In this document: positions 8,603 through 18,995 of the stretch, in pieces | How the letters are laid out: each line of letters opens with the position of its first letter | Numbering within the stretch: the stretch's first letter is position 1 | Assembly (NCBI GenBank): GCA_043826355.1 | Contig: JBDRQI010000014.1 | Coordinates: forward strand, 1 to 55,953 | DNA length: 55,953 bases | Direction of reading: 5' to 3' | DNA from: Candidatus Omnitrophota bacterium | GTDB lineage: Bacteria; Ratteibacteria; UBA8468; MWAK01 | Notes under the pieces: model-generated | Told to the model about the DNA's origin: nothing | Database searches by the model: none | What the model saw: the letters and a program-made list of their open reading frames with translations, nothing else | Position numbers and translations under genes: made by a program

Positions 8603-9736
8603 TTACAAAGACGGGACCTTAATCCGGCGCCACCAATGCATCAAAAAGGGCTGAGATAATTTTATCGCTTTATGCGGACACATCTCAAAACAGCAAAAAC
8701 AATTAACACAGTACCGGCGCAGGAACCTTACCCTCCCTTTTTTAATATACACGGCTTTCGGTTGGGCCGGGCAAATATCCCGGCAGTTGCCGCACAACTT
8801 GCAGACCGGCGGCGCGTTGAAAACCGGCACCGGAACCACCAGATACTTCAACACTTTTTTAAACCCGGCCGGAAAAGGGATGGTGCTCAAAACCGATTCC
8901 GTCCTTGTCGGCGGTTGGAAAACAACCTTTTCAATCCTGCCTATTTTTATTACCTCTGCCGCAGGCCGGTCCAGCCGTTCTTTAAGATAAGGCGCCCGCG
9001 CGGAAGAAAGGGAGACCGCCTTCATCGCCTCAACGTCCAGCGCGGCGCAATCCTGAGAGGCAGACAGAAAACCGGCCGGTTTCGCTCTTCCCCTGGAAGA
9101 CGGGCCTTCACCCTCCATGCCGACCACCGCATCCAGGAACCCCAGCCGGGGCTTAACCGCATCGTGAACGTCAAGAAAAAAACGGCTTAGCCGTTCTGTT
9201 TCGGCAAAACGCAAATGGTATTCCGACTTCAACAGGCCGGGGAGACAGCCGTACAGATTCTTAACGCATCCGGTGAAATAGAACTGGCAGTGGGTCTTTA
9301 GTTTCGCCGCGGAAATGACCGCATCAAAATCCCCGACTTCCCGGGCAACCGGCACGCTCTTGGCCATCCGGCCCGCCGGGAGCGGAACCGGTTCCGGTCT
9401 GGTGAACTCCACGACGGAAACACCCATCTTCTTCAGCGGGTCGCCCAAACCTTTCCTGGCAATGCAGGCGGCCAGGGTTCCGATGCCCGGACTCTCGCCT
9501 ACTGCCACCCGGCAGCCCAAATCAAGTAAAAGGCGGCACAGGGCAAGCAGTACCTGGGAATGGGTGGTAACCGCGGTTTCGTCACCGGAGGGCAGGAGAA
9601 AGTTTGGTTTTATCAGTACTTTTTCGGTCCGCCGGAAAAGAAGGCCCGCTTCCAGCACTTCAAAAATTCTCTGCGCAGCCGCCAAGACCTCAACCGGCGC
9701 ATACGTCCGGCATTCCGCAAAAACAACTTTATTCAT
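8603..9736 (-). CDS. DUF362 domain protein with C-terminal 2x[4Fe-4S] ferredoxin domain
   Basis: VLIKPN, KLKTH, GCVKNLYG, GMEGEGP; CKLCGNCRDICP and CVNCFCCFEMCP. Confidence 0.88.
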   Translation of the reverse strand: MNKVVFAECRTYAPVEVLAAAQRIFEVLEAGLLFRRTEKVLIKPNFLLPSGDETAVTTHSQVLLALCRLLLDLGCRVAVGESPGIGTLAACIARKGLGDPLKKMGVSVVEFTRPEPVPLPAGRMAKSVPVAREVGDFDAVISAAKLKTHCQFYFTGCVKNLYGCLPGLLKSEYHLRFAETERLSRFFLDVHDAVKPRLGFLDAVVGMEGEGPSSRGRAKPAGFLSASQDCAALDVEAMKAVSLSSARAPYLKERLDRPAAEVIKIGRIEKVVFQPPTRTESVLSTIPFPAGFKKVLKYLVVPVPVFNAPPVCKLCGNCRDICPAQPKAVYIKKGRVRFLRRYCVNCFCCFEMCPHKAIKLSQPFLMHWWRRIKVPSL

Positions 9737-9778
9737 AAAATTTATCCTTGATGAATTGGTTTTTGGATATTTGCGGAC

Positions 9779-9800
9779 GGGGGTGTAACCACGCCCCTGC
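9779..9800 (-). repeat. GTAG-type REP-like palindrome
   Basis: GCAGGGGCGTGGTTACACCCCC on the minus strand; related to copies at 12766, 27510 and 47241. Confidence 0.5.
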
Positions 9801-9864
9801 AAAAACATTAATTACGAATTTAAAAAAAAGGAGAGGCGTGCAGTGCATAAAACACAAAGCTATC

Positions 9865-10530
9865 CTAAAGTTTGGATTGGGCGAAGGAGAGGGTGGATTT
9901 CAGAATCCGCGCCACTTCCTGGCGGGTCAGGCCGGCGCCCATCCCGACGTTGAAATATTTTGTCTCGGTAAAAAGGTCATCCTCTTGATGACCGTCGGTG
10001 TTGATAACCAGCTTTCCGCCGAGCCGGCGCCAAACACCAACCAGGTACCCGTTGGAAATAGAGTGGCCTTTACGGGCCGAAACTTCAAGCAGCACACCCT
10101 GCTTTTTGGCGAAAAGAAAATCCTCTTCGGAGATGAGGCCCGGGTGCGCCAGGATGTCAATGCCGGCTTCCAGGGCTTTGCGGTTTGTGCCGGGGACCAC
10201 CGGTTCCGCCAGGGTTTCGCCGTGAACCAGAATCAGTCTGGCGCCCAGCTTCCGCGCCTCCTTCACCAACCCCTTGATGGAACCGGCCGGCGGGTGGGTA
10301 ACTTCCGCGCCCGGGATAACCCGGATATCCTCCACCCGGCGGTTAATCTCCGCAGCCACCTTGACTACCTCCGGCACCACCCGGCTGATGTTGGAAGTAT
10401 CAACGTGGTCGGTAATCGCCATCACCGCATACCCCCTGACCTGTGCCCGGCGCGCCAGTTCCATCGGAAAATACACGCCGTCGGAAAGAAGGGAGTGGGT
10501 ATGCAAATCAATCAGTTTCGAATGAACCAT
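9865..10530 (-). CDS. PHP-family phosphoesterase (histidinol-phosphatase-like)
   Basis: DLHTHS..SDG, AITDH, LAHPG, NTDGH. Confidence 0.9.
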   Translation of the reverse strand: MVHSKLIDLHTHSLLSDGVYFPMELARRAQVRGYAVMAITDHVDTSNISRVVPEVVKVAAEINRRVEDIRVIPGAEVTHPPAGSIKGLVKEARKLGARLILVHGETLAEPVVPGTNRKALEAGIDILAHPGLISEEDFLFAKKQGVLLEVSARKGHSISNGYLVGVWRRLGGKLVINTDGHQEDDLFTETKYFNVGMGAGLTRQEVARILKSTLSFAQSKL

Positions 10531-10596
10531 TTTTAAACCCCCCCTTTCCCCCTCCTATACCCTCCCCGCCTGTGGGGGAGGGCCGGGTGGGGGTTA

Positions 10597-10941
10597 TTAC
10601 GCCTCCGTTTTAAGGTTGCATACTTCCACGTCAACCTTCACCACCTTCATGCCGGTCATCGCCTCAATCGCCTCTTTGACCGCTTTTTGAACCTCCCAGG
10701 CCAGCTGGGGAATATCGCTGCCGTAAGCCACCTCCACGGAAAGTTCGAAAATAATTCCGTTCTCCCTCACCTTCACTTTTACCGAATGCTGGGGCGCAGA
10801 CCGGCCGAAAAGTTCCGCGATTCCGCCGATCAGTCCCGGAATAATGCGGGTAACGCCGGAAACCTTGCCGGCCGCGGTAGCCGCAATCGCCGAGAGAACT
10901 TCATGCTCAATCTTCAGGTTACCGAAAGATTCTTTAGCCAT
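10597..10941 (-). CDS. Asp23/Gls24 family protein (YqhY-like)
   Basis: GNLKI..EVLSAIA, V.YG..IP...EVQ..VK.AIE.MTG..V..VDV.V. Confidence 0.92.
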   Translation of the reverse strand: MAKESFGNLKIEHEVLSAIAATAAGKVSGVTRIIPGLIGGIAELFGRSAPQHSVKVKVRENGIIFELSVEVAYGSDIPQLAWEVQKAVKEAIEAMTGMKVVKVDVEVCNLKTEA

Positions 10942-10943
10942 TT

Positions 10944-12302
10944 TTATTTAGGGAGTTGCCCCTTCTCCAGAAAAGTTTCAATCAGCCCTACGTAATATTT
11001 CCCGCTCAGGAAACCGGCGTGGTCAAGGAGACGACGGTAGAACGAGGCGGTTGTTTTCAACCCGACTATTTCCAGTTCCATCAAGGCACGGCGCATCCGG
11101 CTTAAGGCCTCCGGCCGGTCCTTTCCCCGGACGACCAACTTTCCGATAAGCGAATCATAGAACGGCGGCACCGTGTAGCCGGAATAGATGTGGCTGTCAA
11201 AACGGACGCCCGGTCCGGAAGGAACGCAGAGTTTTTCAATCCGGCCCGGGTTGGGCCGAAAGTTCTGGTCCGGGTCCTCCGCGTTAATCCGGCATTCGAT
11301 CGCAGCCCCGCGTATCTGAATCTGACGCTGAGAAAAAGAAAGCCGCTCTCCGTTAGCGATACGTAACTGCTCTTTGATGATGTCAATGCCGGTCACTTCT
11401 TCGGTTACCGGATGCTCCACCTGAACCCGGGTATTCATCTCCATGAAATAGATATGGAGTTGGTCGTCCACCAGGAACTCAATCGTGCCGGCGCTCCGGT
11501 AGTTAATCTGTTTTACCAGGCGGCGCGCGTAGGCGCAAAGCCGACGACGCATCCCGGGGGTAACCACCGGCGAAGGCGCTTCCTCAATCAGTTTCTGGTG
11601 GCGGCGCTGCAGAGAACAATCCCGCTCGCCCAGCGCCGCCACCCGGCCGTAATTATCAGCCAGAATCTGAACCTCAACGTGCCGGGGACGCTCGACGTAC
11701 TTTTCCAGATATACGGCTGAATTATCAAAAGCGGCCTGAGCTTCGTTCTGGCAGGCATCCAGAGACGGCAACAGTTCCTTCGCCTCCCGCACAATCCGCA
11801 TTCCGCGGCCGCCTCCGCCGCCAGACGCCTTCAGGATTATCGGAAAACCCACCTTCCGGGCCAGTCGTACCGCCTCCTCCTTGGTCTGAAGGGGCGAAAG
11901 GGTGCCGGGCAAAATCGGAACCTTAGCCTGGACGGCGTTGCGCCGGGCCGTTGCTTTGTCGCCCATCAGCCGGATATTTTTTGCGGTCGGGCCGATGAAG
12001 GTTATACCGCTGTCCTCGCAGATTTCGGCAAAGAATGCGTTTTCGGACAGAAAACCATAGCCGGGATGAACCGCGTCGCAACCGGTAACTTCAAGCGCGG
12101 AAAGGATGGAGGGGATATTAAGATAACTTTCCAGACTGGAGGCCGGGCCGATGCAAATCTTTTCCCGGGCCAGGCGTACCGTCAAACTATCCCGATCCGC
12201 CTCGGAAAAAGCGATAACGCAGGGGATACCCAGTTCCGTGCAGGCGCGCCAGATACGCAGGGCAATCTCTCCCCGATTGGCAATGAGTACCTTTTTAATC
12301 AC
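10944..12302 (-). CDS. accC: Acetyl-CoA carboxylase biotin carboxylase
   Basis: ANRGEIA, HPGYGFLSEN, GGGGRGMR, EMNTRVQVEH. Confidence 0.97.
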   Translation of the reverse strand: MIKKVLIANRGEIALRIWRACTELGIPCVIAFSEADRDSLTVRLAREKICIGPASSLESYLNIPSILSALEVTGCDAVHPGYGFLSENAFFAEICEDSGITFIGPTAKNIRLMGDKATARRNAVQAKVPILPGTLSPLQTKEEAVRLARKVGFPIILKASGGGGGRGMRIVREAKELLPSLDACQNEAQAAFDNSAVYLEKYVERPRHVEVQILADNYGRVAALGERDCSLQRRHQKLIEEAPSPVVTPGMRRRLCAYARRLVKQINYRSAGTIEFLVDDQLHIYFMEMNTRVQVEHPVTEEVTGIDIIKEQLRIANGERLSFSQRQIQIRGAAIECRINAEDPDQNFRPNPGRIEKLCVPSGPGVRFDSHIYSGYTVPPFYDSLIGKLVVRGKDRPEALSRMRRALMELEIVGLKTTASFYRRLLDHAGFLSGKYYVGLIETFLEKGQLPK

Positions 12303-12751
12303 GTTTTCTCGATTAGGAAGAGAACCTGTCCAAATTCCACCGGTTTACCGTTTTCAACCCTGCTTTCAAGGACCATTCCATTGACCTCACTCTTGATTTC
12401 GTTCATCACCTTCATCGCTTCCACGATACAGAGAGTATCGCCGGCCTTAACCTCCTGGCCGACTTCCGCAAATGGCGCGGCGCCCGGTGCCGGCGCCCGG
12501 TAAAAGGTACCCACCAGCGGAGAGGTTACGGAAACCGCATTTTTGTTCACGACCGGTTCCAACGCTGAGCCGCCTGCCGGTTTACCCGACGAATCTTCGG
12601 CGTAGGCGGGTGCGGCGGCGGTTGCGGAAACCAGATTCTCGGCGCCCTTCTTAACCAAGTACAACTTGAAATCAGGTTTCTCCACGGAAAGGATAAGCAG
12701 TCCCTGCTCTTTCATAAAATCCGCAAATGGCTTTAGTTCTTCCGGTTTCAT
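12299..12751 (-). CDS. accB: Biotin carboxyl carrier protein
   Basis: SPLVGTFY, EAMKVMN biotinyl-lysine motif. Confidence 0.97.
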   Translation of the reverse strand: MKPEELKPFADFMKEQGLLILSVEKPDFKLYLVKKGAENLVSATAAAPAYAEDSSGKPAGGSALEPVVNKNAVSVTSPLVGTFYRAPAPGAAPFAEVGQEVKAGDTLCIVEAMKVMNEIKSEVNGMVLESRVENGKPVEFGQVLFLIEKT

Positions 12752-12765
12752 AGGTTACCTTCCTT

Positions 12766-12792
12766 GGGAAGAGGGACATAACCCCTCCCCTA
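12766..12792 (-). repeat. GTAG-type REP-like palindrome
   Basis: TAGGGGAGGGGTTATGTCCCTCTTCCC directly after efp. Confidence 0.45.
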
Positions 12793-12797
12793 AAAAA

Positions 12798-13352
12798 CTA
12801 CACCCTTGTCACATATTCTCCGGTACGGGTATCAATCCTGATAGTGTCGCCCTCGTTGATGAAGAGGGGCACCTGCACCACCGCGCCGGTTTCCAGGGTC
12901 GCCGGTTTGCGGGTGGCCTGTACCGTGTCGCCCTTAAACCCCGGAACCGTCTGGGAAACTTTCAGGTTCGTAAAATCGGAAATTTCCATCCCGATAACCT
13001 CCTGTTCGGCCATCTTTATCTTGACGTCATCACCTTCCCGGAGAAAGAGCATCTTGCTTCCCAGCGCCGAGACTGAAAATTGCAACTCTTCCATCACCTC
13101 TTCGTTCAAGAAGTAAGCGGTGTCCCGGTCCCGGTACAGATACCGGCCGTATTCATCGGTAATCTTTACCAAGTCAACCTTTTCCGAAGAGCGGACTGTC
13201 CGCTCGTAGCTTCTGTCGGTCTTGACCACGCGCAATTTACATTTCATGTAGGCCGGCCCCTTGCCTGGCTTCACGTGCTGAGCAGCCACTACCTCCTGCA
13301 GTTCCCCGTCCAGACGGACGACCATTCCAACCCGCAACTCATTTCCATTCAT
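12798..13352 (-). CDS. efp: Elongation factor P
   Basis: HVKPGKG loop, PGFKGDT, KPATLETG, DTRTGEY. Confidence 0.97.
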   Translation of the reverse strand: MNGNELRVGMVVRLDGELQEVVAAQHVKPGKGPAYMKCKLRVVKTDRSYERTVRSSEKVDLVKITDEYGRYLYRDRDTAYFLNEEVMEELQFSVSALGSKMLFLREGDDVKIKMAEQEVIGMEISDFTNLKVSQTVPGFKGDTVQATRKPATLETGAVVQVPLFINEGDTIRIDTRTGEYVTRV

Positions 13353-13444
13353 AGGCAAACCTTTTGATTACAGTGATTTTGAAAATAGATTACGATGATT
13401 AATCTCTGAAATCATCTTTAAAAAATCCCTGGAACCATCTTTAT

Positions 13445-14449
13445 TTAAAACTGGTGCAGGAAACGGACGTCGTTTTCGTAAAAAAGCCGGATGTCCGGTA
13501 TTCCGTATTTAACCATCGCGATCCGCTCTATACCTACCCCAAAAGCAAGGCCGGTGAGCTCCTTTGATTTATAGCCGACGTTCCGCAAAACATTAGGATG
13601 GACCATGCCGCAGCCCAGAATCTCCAAAAATCCGGAGTGGCCGCACGAAGCACAACCCTTTGTCTGACAAACCGGGCAGGAGATACTCACCTCTGCGCTC
13701 GGTTCGGTGAAAGGAAAGAAAGACGGCGTGAAACGGGTCCGGAAAGAGAACGGGAATATGTACTCCAGAAACGCCGTAAGGATACCTTTCAGGTGGGTAA
13801 AGTGCGTCCCCTTCTCAACCATCAAACCCTCCAGTTGGTGGAAGACCGGAAAGTGGCTGGCGTCCTGGGCGTCCCGCCGATAACAGCGGCCTACGGTGAT
13901 AATCCGCACCGGCGGTTTCTCCTTTTCCATCACCCTGACCTGAACCGGGGAGGTATGACTGCGTAAAAGAATTCCGGACGCCAGGTAGAAGGTGTCCTGC
14001 ATATCCCGGGCCGGGTGGTCGACCGGGGTGTTGAGCGCGTCAAAGTTGTACCATTCGGTCTCGATCTCCGGCCCTTCCCGGACCTGAAAACCGAATCTCT
14101 CAAAAAAACCGACCGCCTCGCGGATGATTTGGGTCAACGGATGCAGGTGCCCAATCTTAATTTCCGGGCCAGGCAGGGTCAGGTCAAGGGTTGCCTTTGG
14201 TTTTCCCTGCAACCCTTTCTCTGCTTCTGCCAGCCGTGCTTCAACCTCCCCTTTCAACCGGTTGGCCGCTGCGCCGAGCAAGCGCCGGTTTTCCGGGGTA
14301 AGGTCTTTAAGACCGCGCAGGATTTCGGTTAAAAAGCCGCCCTTTCTGCCCAGGAACCTGACCCGCACACTCTCAAGAGCCGCCTGGTCTTTAGCCTCAG
14401 CCAGCGCTTCTTCGAACTCTTCCCGCAACTCTTTTGTTCTGCTTAACAT
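13445..14449 (-). CDS. pheS: Phenylalanine-tRNA ligase alpha subunit
   Basis: HPARDMQDTF, FHQLEG, FPFTEPS, CxxC...CxxC insert, GIERIAM. Confidence 0.97.
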   Translation of the reverse strand: MLSRTKELREEFEEALAEAKDQAALESVRVRFLGRKGGFLTEILRGLKDLTPENRRLLGAAANRLKGEVEARLAEAEKGLQGKPKATLDLTLPGPEIKIGHLHPLTQIIREAVGFFERFGFQVREGPEIETEWYNFDALNTPVDHPARDMQDTFYLASGILLRSHTSPVQVRVMEKEKPPVRIITVGRCYRRDAQDASHFPVFHQLEGLMVEKGTHFTHLKGILTAFLEYIFPFSFRTRFTPSFFPFTEPSAEVSISCPVCQTKGCASCGHSGFLEILGCGMVHPNVLRNVGYKSKELTGLAFGVGIERIAMVKYGIPDIRLFYENDVRFLHQF

Positions 14450-14489
14450 GTTTAGAAAGGAGCGGGCTTGACGAATCAAGCCTTTACAA

Positions 14490-15065
14490 TTATAAATAGA
14501 GTTTATGTTCTTTTATGTATTCCCGCACCGGTTGCGGCACCAAATACCGGATGGAATCGCCTTCCTTTACCCGTTTTCGGATCTCGTGGCCGGAAACAGA
14601 AAAAAAGCCCATCGCCAATTCCTGAAACTTGAGTCCTTCCGGCAGATTCTCCGGATAGCCGGCGTGTTCCCGGCCTGCAACCACAAAAGTAACCAGCCGG
14701 GCTAAATTATTTATTTTATACCAGGTGCCTATCTCCTGAAAAGCGTCCGCACCCAAAATCAGGTAGAACTTCGCTCCGGTTCCGTACTGTTCGGAAAAGT
14801 GTTGAACTGTTTCGTAACTGAAAGACGGGGAGCGGCGTTTTATCTCAAAATCGGAAACCGCAAAACCCGGATTACCGTCAATTGCCAGCAGAACCATCCG
14901 GTGACGGTCCTCGGCTGATGCTTCAGCCAGGCCCCGGTGGACCGGAACACCGGCCGGCACAAATATAACCTTTTCCAGGCCGAGTGCTTCCCGGGCTGTT
15001 TCCGCCACAACCAGGTGGCCGATGTGAATCGGGTCAAACGTCCCGCCCAAAATGCCGATATGCAT
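14490..15065 (-). CDS. nadD: Nicotinate-nucleotide adenylyltransferase
   Basis: GGTFDPIHIGH, ILGAD, YIKEHKLY. Confidence 0.95.
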   Translation of the reverse strand: MHIGILGGTFDPIHIGHLVVAETAREALGLEKVIFVPAGVPVHRGLAEASAEDRHRMVLLAIDGNPGFAVSDFEIKRRSPSFSYETVQHFSEQYGTGAKFYLILGADAFQEIGTWYKINNLARLVTFVVAGREHAGYPENLPEGLKFQELAMGFFSVSGHEIRKRVKEGDSIRYLVPQPVREYIKEHKLYL

Positions 15066-15100
15066 AATATAAACAGAGGCTCCAAATTTATCAAGATTTC

Positions 15101-15190
15101 ACCGCAGAGCACGCCGAGTGCGCAGAGAACTGCTTTTAAAAATTGTTTTTAATTTGTCTTTTCGTTCATACTCTTTTGCGGTTTCTGCGT
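15101..15190. repeat. Short-period imperfect inverted repeat (CGCAGAG / CTGCG)
   Basis: ACCGCAGAGCACGCCGAGTGCGCAGAG ... TTTTGCGGTTTCTGCG. Confidence 0.5.
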
Positions 15191-15205
15191 TGCATCTTTA
15201 GGTAT

Positions 15206-16462
15206 TTACGTTCTTACCTGTCCGTTCCCGCACACCAAATACTTATACGAGGTTAATTCTTTTAACCCCATCGGACCGCGCGCGTGAATCTTATCGGTGC
15301 TGATTCCAATCTCCGCGCCCAGCCCGAATTCAAACCCGTCGGTAAACCGGGTGGACGCGTTGTGGTAAATTGCGGCCGCGTCGACTTCCTTCAGAAACCT
15401 TTCCGCAGCTCCCTTATCTTCGGTAATAATAGCTTCCGAATGGCCTGTCCCGTAAGTGTTAACCCAAAAAATTGCTTCTTCCAGCGAATGGATAACCTTA
15501 ATGGCGATAACCAGGTCAAGAAATTCGCTGCCCCAGTCGCTTTTTCTGGCAGGCAGGGTTTGGGGGATAATCTTTCTGGTCTCCGGACAGCCGCGCATCT
15601 CCACTCCTTTTTCCTGAAAGAGACGCGCCATTTTCGGTAGAAAGTCCGGCGCAATATCCCGGTGAACCAGCAGCGTCTCGGTCGCGTTGCAGGTGGCCGG
15701 GCGCTGTACTTTGGCGTTCAGGGTAACCGACCAGGCCATCTCTAAACCCGCCGCCCGGTCAACGTAGGTGTGACAGACGCCCTTATAGTGCTTGATAACC
15801 GGAATCCGGCTCTTTTGCACCACAACCATGATTAACGACTCCCCGCCCCGGGGGATGACCAGGTTGATATAATCGGATAAAGAAAGAAGATAATCAACCG
15901 CGGCGTGGCCCCGGCTGGTAACCAGAGAAACAGAACCTTCCGGGAGACCAGCCTCTTTCAGGGACTGCCGTAAAACCTGCACCAGAACAGTGTTGGTTTG
16001 CAGAGAATCAGACCCACCCTTGAGAATTACCGCATTGCCGCTCTTCAAGCAGAGGCTGGCCGCTTCCACGGTAACATCCGGCCGGGATTCATAGATAATG
16101 GCGATGACGCCGATAGGAACGGAAACCTGTTTAATCAGGAGCCCGTTCGGTCTTTCGGTTTCCCAGAGCAAACGGTTCAACGGATCAGGCAATTCCCTGA
16201 CTGCGGAAAGAGAATCCGCCGTTTTCCGAATACCCGCCTCAGAAAATCCAAGCCGGTCAAGGTAGGCGCTGTTCCGACCGGCCGTCTTAGCCCGCTTCAA
16301 GTCTTCCCGGTTGGCCTCGACGACCTTTTTCTGCCGGACAATAAGGGCCTTGCTCAAAAGGGAAAGGAAGCGGTTCCGCTGTTCGGCAGATACGCTGGCC
16401 AGAACAAAACTGGCCGCCTTTGCCTCTTTCGCCTGCTCTAAAATCTCTTGATAAACAGACAC
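15206..16462 (-). CDS. proA: Gamma-glutamyl phosphate reductase
   Basis: IYESRP, IPRGG, CNATETLLVH, HARGPMGL; GTG 16462 after a purine-rich RBS. Confidence 0.96.
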   Translation of the reverse strand: MSVYQEILEQAKEAKAASFVLASVSAEQRNRFLSLLSKALIVRQKKVVEANREDLKRAKTAGRNSAYLDRLGFSEAGIRKTADSLSAVRELPDPLNRLLWETERPNGLLIKQVSVPIGVIAIIYESRPDVTVEAASLCLKSGNAVILKGGSDSLQTNTVLVQVLRQSLKEAGLPEGSVSLVTSRGHAAVDYLLSLSDYINLVIPRGGESLIMVVVQKSRIPVIKHYKGVCHTYVDRAAGLEMAWSVTLNAKVQRPATCNATETLLVHRDIAPDFLPKMARLFQEKGVEMRGCPETRKIIPQTLPARKSDWGSEFLDLVIAIKVIHSLEEAIFWVNTYGTGHSEAIITEDKGAAERFLKEVDAAAIYHNASTRFTDGFEFGLGAEIGISTDKIHARGPMGLKELTSYKYLVCGNGQVRT

Positions 16463-16636
16463 TTCAATCCCCCTCCTCCTCCGACACCACCCCCGCCTGT
16501 GGGGTACAGCATAACATCTTATTGTACTGCGCACCCTCTCTTTTGGTCAATTTTATCCCTGGCAATCCTCACCTGCCTCACCTGGCAATCTTTCGAAATT
16601 TGACGCCGGGCTGTTTTTGGAGGTAAAATCATAGGA

Positions 16637-18940
16637 ATGTGCAAAAAACTGTTTTTGGGATTTTTAGGCCTCTGCGGTCTGACCCTCCTGTTAACCCTTT
16701 CTCCGACCGGCAAGTGCAGCGCGGCTGATGATAAGGTTATCTCTTTTGAGGTTATCGGCAATCAGACCGTTTCCGCCGACCGCATTATGCTGCTGACCCA
16801 GACCAAAACCGGGCAGGACTATTCGGAAGATATCCTTTCCGAAGACGTAAAACGCCTGCTGGCTACCGGACTCTTCAGCGACGTCGTCCCTAAAGTGGAA
16901 GAGGTCTCCGACGGCGTAAAAATAACCATTCAGGTTAAGGAAAATCCCACCATCAAAGAGATTAAATTTACCGGCAACAAACGGTACAACCGAAAGCTCC
17001 TCCAGGACGAAAGCGGGCTGAAGACAGGCCAGCTCTACGATAAAGCCAAGGCGCTGGAGGCAAAGGACAAGGTTGCCGGCTATTACCTCAAAAAAGGGTT
17101 CCTTTTTACGGAGGTAGAGCTGGACGTAACCGAAACGTCTCCAATGCAGGTCACCCTGAACTTCAAGGTCCGGGAAGGCGTTATCGCCCGGGTCACCAAG
17201 GTCTCCATCTCCGGCAACAAATCTATCAAGCGGAGCAAGATTGAAAAAGTTTTAACCATCAAAGAACGAAACCTCCTGGCGTTCCGGGTGGGGACTTTCA
17301 AAAAAGAAGCGCTGGATAACGACCGGCAACAGATTGAAAGGATTTACAGAAAAGCCGGCTTTTCCGACGTAAAAGTGGCGGGCGAGGTAAAACAATACAA
17401 GAAAACCCTGGAAGTTATTTACACCATAGAGGAAGGAAATCGTTATGTTTTGGGTGCGGTGAAACTCTCGGGTAACTTAATCTCCCCGGAAACCGAACTG
17501 CGGAAAATCATTTTCCAAAAGACCGGAGACCCGTATAGCGAAGAGGCTGTTGCGTTTGACGAAAACAACATTCTTTCTTTTTATCGCGACAAGGGATACC
17601 TCAAGTGCCAGATAGAACCGGTGGCCGTTTATAATTCCGCCGCCGATGCGGTTGACCTTACCTATCAGATATCGCCGGGCGGCATTGTAGAAATAGAGGA
17701 GATCAACATTACCGGCAACACCCGCACCAAGGATAAGGTTCTCCGCCGGGAGATACAACTGAGGCCCGGCGACCGGTTTGACGGAGCCAAGCTGCGGAAA
17801 TCAATTTCAAACCTGCGGGACCTGAATTACTTTGAAGAAGTTAACATCCAGCCCCGGGAAGGTTCGGCGCCGGACAAGGCAAAGCTCACGTTCGACGTCA
17901 CGGAAAAAGAACGCACCGGCAACCTCCTCTTCGGCCTGGGCTACAGCACCGTAGACGAATTGGTCGGTTTTATATCGGTGGAGCAGGCGAATTTTGACTG
18001 GCGCAATCCGCCCTCATTTATCGGCGGAGGCCAGAGTTTACGCGTCTCTGCGGAATTCGGCGGCACGCGGCAAGGTTATTCCTTAAGTTTCTTTGAACCC
18101 TATTTCAACGACTGGCCGGTTTCGTTCGGCTTCGACTTGTACAGCAGGACAAAAGATTGGAGCGAGTATAGCGAAGAACGGGTAGGCGCTGCTTTGCGCT
18201 TCGGCTGGAGAATTTCCGAACACTGGCGGCTCAACCTGATCCCCCGGGTAGAAAACGTTACGATTTCCGACATCCAGGCCGGCGCACCCCCGGAATACTT
18301 TTACGAAAAAGGGTCCAACCAGCAGAACAGCGTGACCATTGCTCTCGCCCGTGACACCCGGGACTCCCGGCTGAGAACCACAACCGGAACCAATCAGCAA
18401 ATATCTTTAAAATACGTCGGCGACTTTCTGGGCGGAGACCGTAACTTCTGGAAGACCGAATACGAATTCACCTATTACCATTCGCTGCCCAAAGATTTTA
18501 TCTTATCCGCGCACACGTTGTTAGCCTATGCTTCCGGACTGAACGAGGGACTTGACCTGCCTTTTTACGAGCGTTATTTCTGCGGCGGAGCCAAGACGGT
18601 GCGCGGTTACGCCGAACGCTCCCTGGGTCCCCTGTATACCGTCGGTTCTTTCGACGGCGTGGCCATGGGCGGCAACCTTATGACGGTGGCAAATATAGAG
18701 GTTGCCAAGCCGATTTACGAAAACATCTTGAGTCTTGTTTTCTTTGCCGACGCCGGGCAGACATTCCTGGGTTCGTCAACCTTTGATCTTTCCGAGATAA
18801 AGGTTGGCGTCGGCGTTGGTGTGCGGATTAAAGTTCCGCTCTTTGCCATCCCTTTGAAACTGGATTACGGGTACGCGCTGGATCCGCTGCCCGGGGAAAG
18901 CCCGGGCCGGTTGCATTTTACGATAGACTACTGGTTCTGA
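16637..18940 (+). CDS. bamA: Outer membrane protein assembly factor BamA
   Basis: Signal peptide, POTRA repeats (GN motifs, GNTRTKDKVLRRE), VRGY, C-terminal aromatic WF. Confidence 0.96.
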   Translation: MCKKLFLGFLGLCGLTLLLTLSPTGKCSAADDKVISFEVIGNQTVSADRIMLLTQTKTGQDYSEDILSEDVKRLLATGLFSDVVPKVEEVSDGVKITIQVKENPTIKEIKFTGNKRYNRKLLQDESGLKTGQLYDKAKALEAKDKVAGYYLKKGFLFTEVELDVTETSPMQVTLNFKVREGVIARVTKVSISGNKSIKRSKIEKVLTIKERNLLAFRVGTFKKEALDNDRQQIERIYRKAGFSDVKVAGEVKQYKKTLEVIYTIEEGNRYVLGAVKLSGNLISPETELRKIIFQKTGDPYSEEAVAFDENNILSFYRDKGYLKCQIEPVAVYNSAADAVDLTYQISPGGIVEIEEINITGNTRTKDKVLRREIQLRPGDRFDGAKLRKSISNLRDLNYFEEVNIQPREGSAPDKAKLTFDVTEKERTGNLLFGLGYSTVDELVGFISVEQANFDWRNPPSFIGGGQSLRVSAEFGGTRQGYSLSFFEPYFNDWPVSFGFDLYSRTKDWSEYSEERVGAALRFGWRISEHWRLNLIPRVENVTISDIQAGAPPEYFYEKGSNQQNSVTIALARDTRDSRLRTTTGTNQQISLKYVGDFLGGDRNFWKTEYEFTYYHSLPKDFILSAHTLLAYASGLNEGLDLPFYERYFCGGAKTVRGYAERSLGPLYTVGSFDGVAMGGNLMTVANIEVAKPIYENILSLVFFADAGQTFLGSSTFDLSEIKVGVGVGVRIKVPLFAIPLKLDYGYALDPLPGESPGRLHFTIDYWF

Positions 18941-18995
18941 GGCTCGGGTGTCTCTCGCTATAAAGTTTATTGAAAACTTAAAGGAGGAAAACAGG

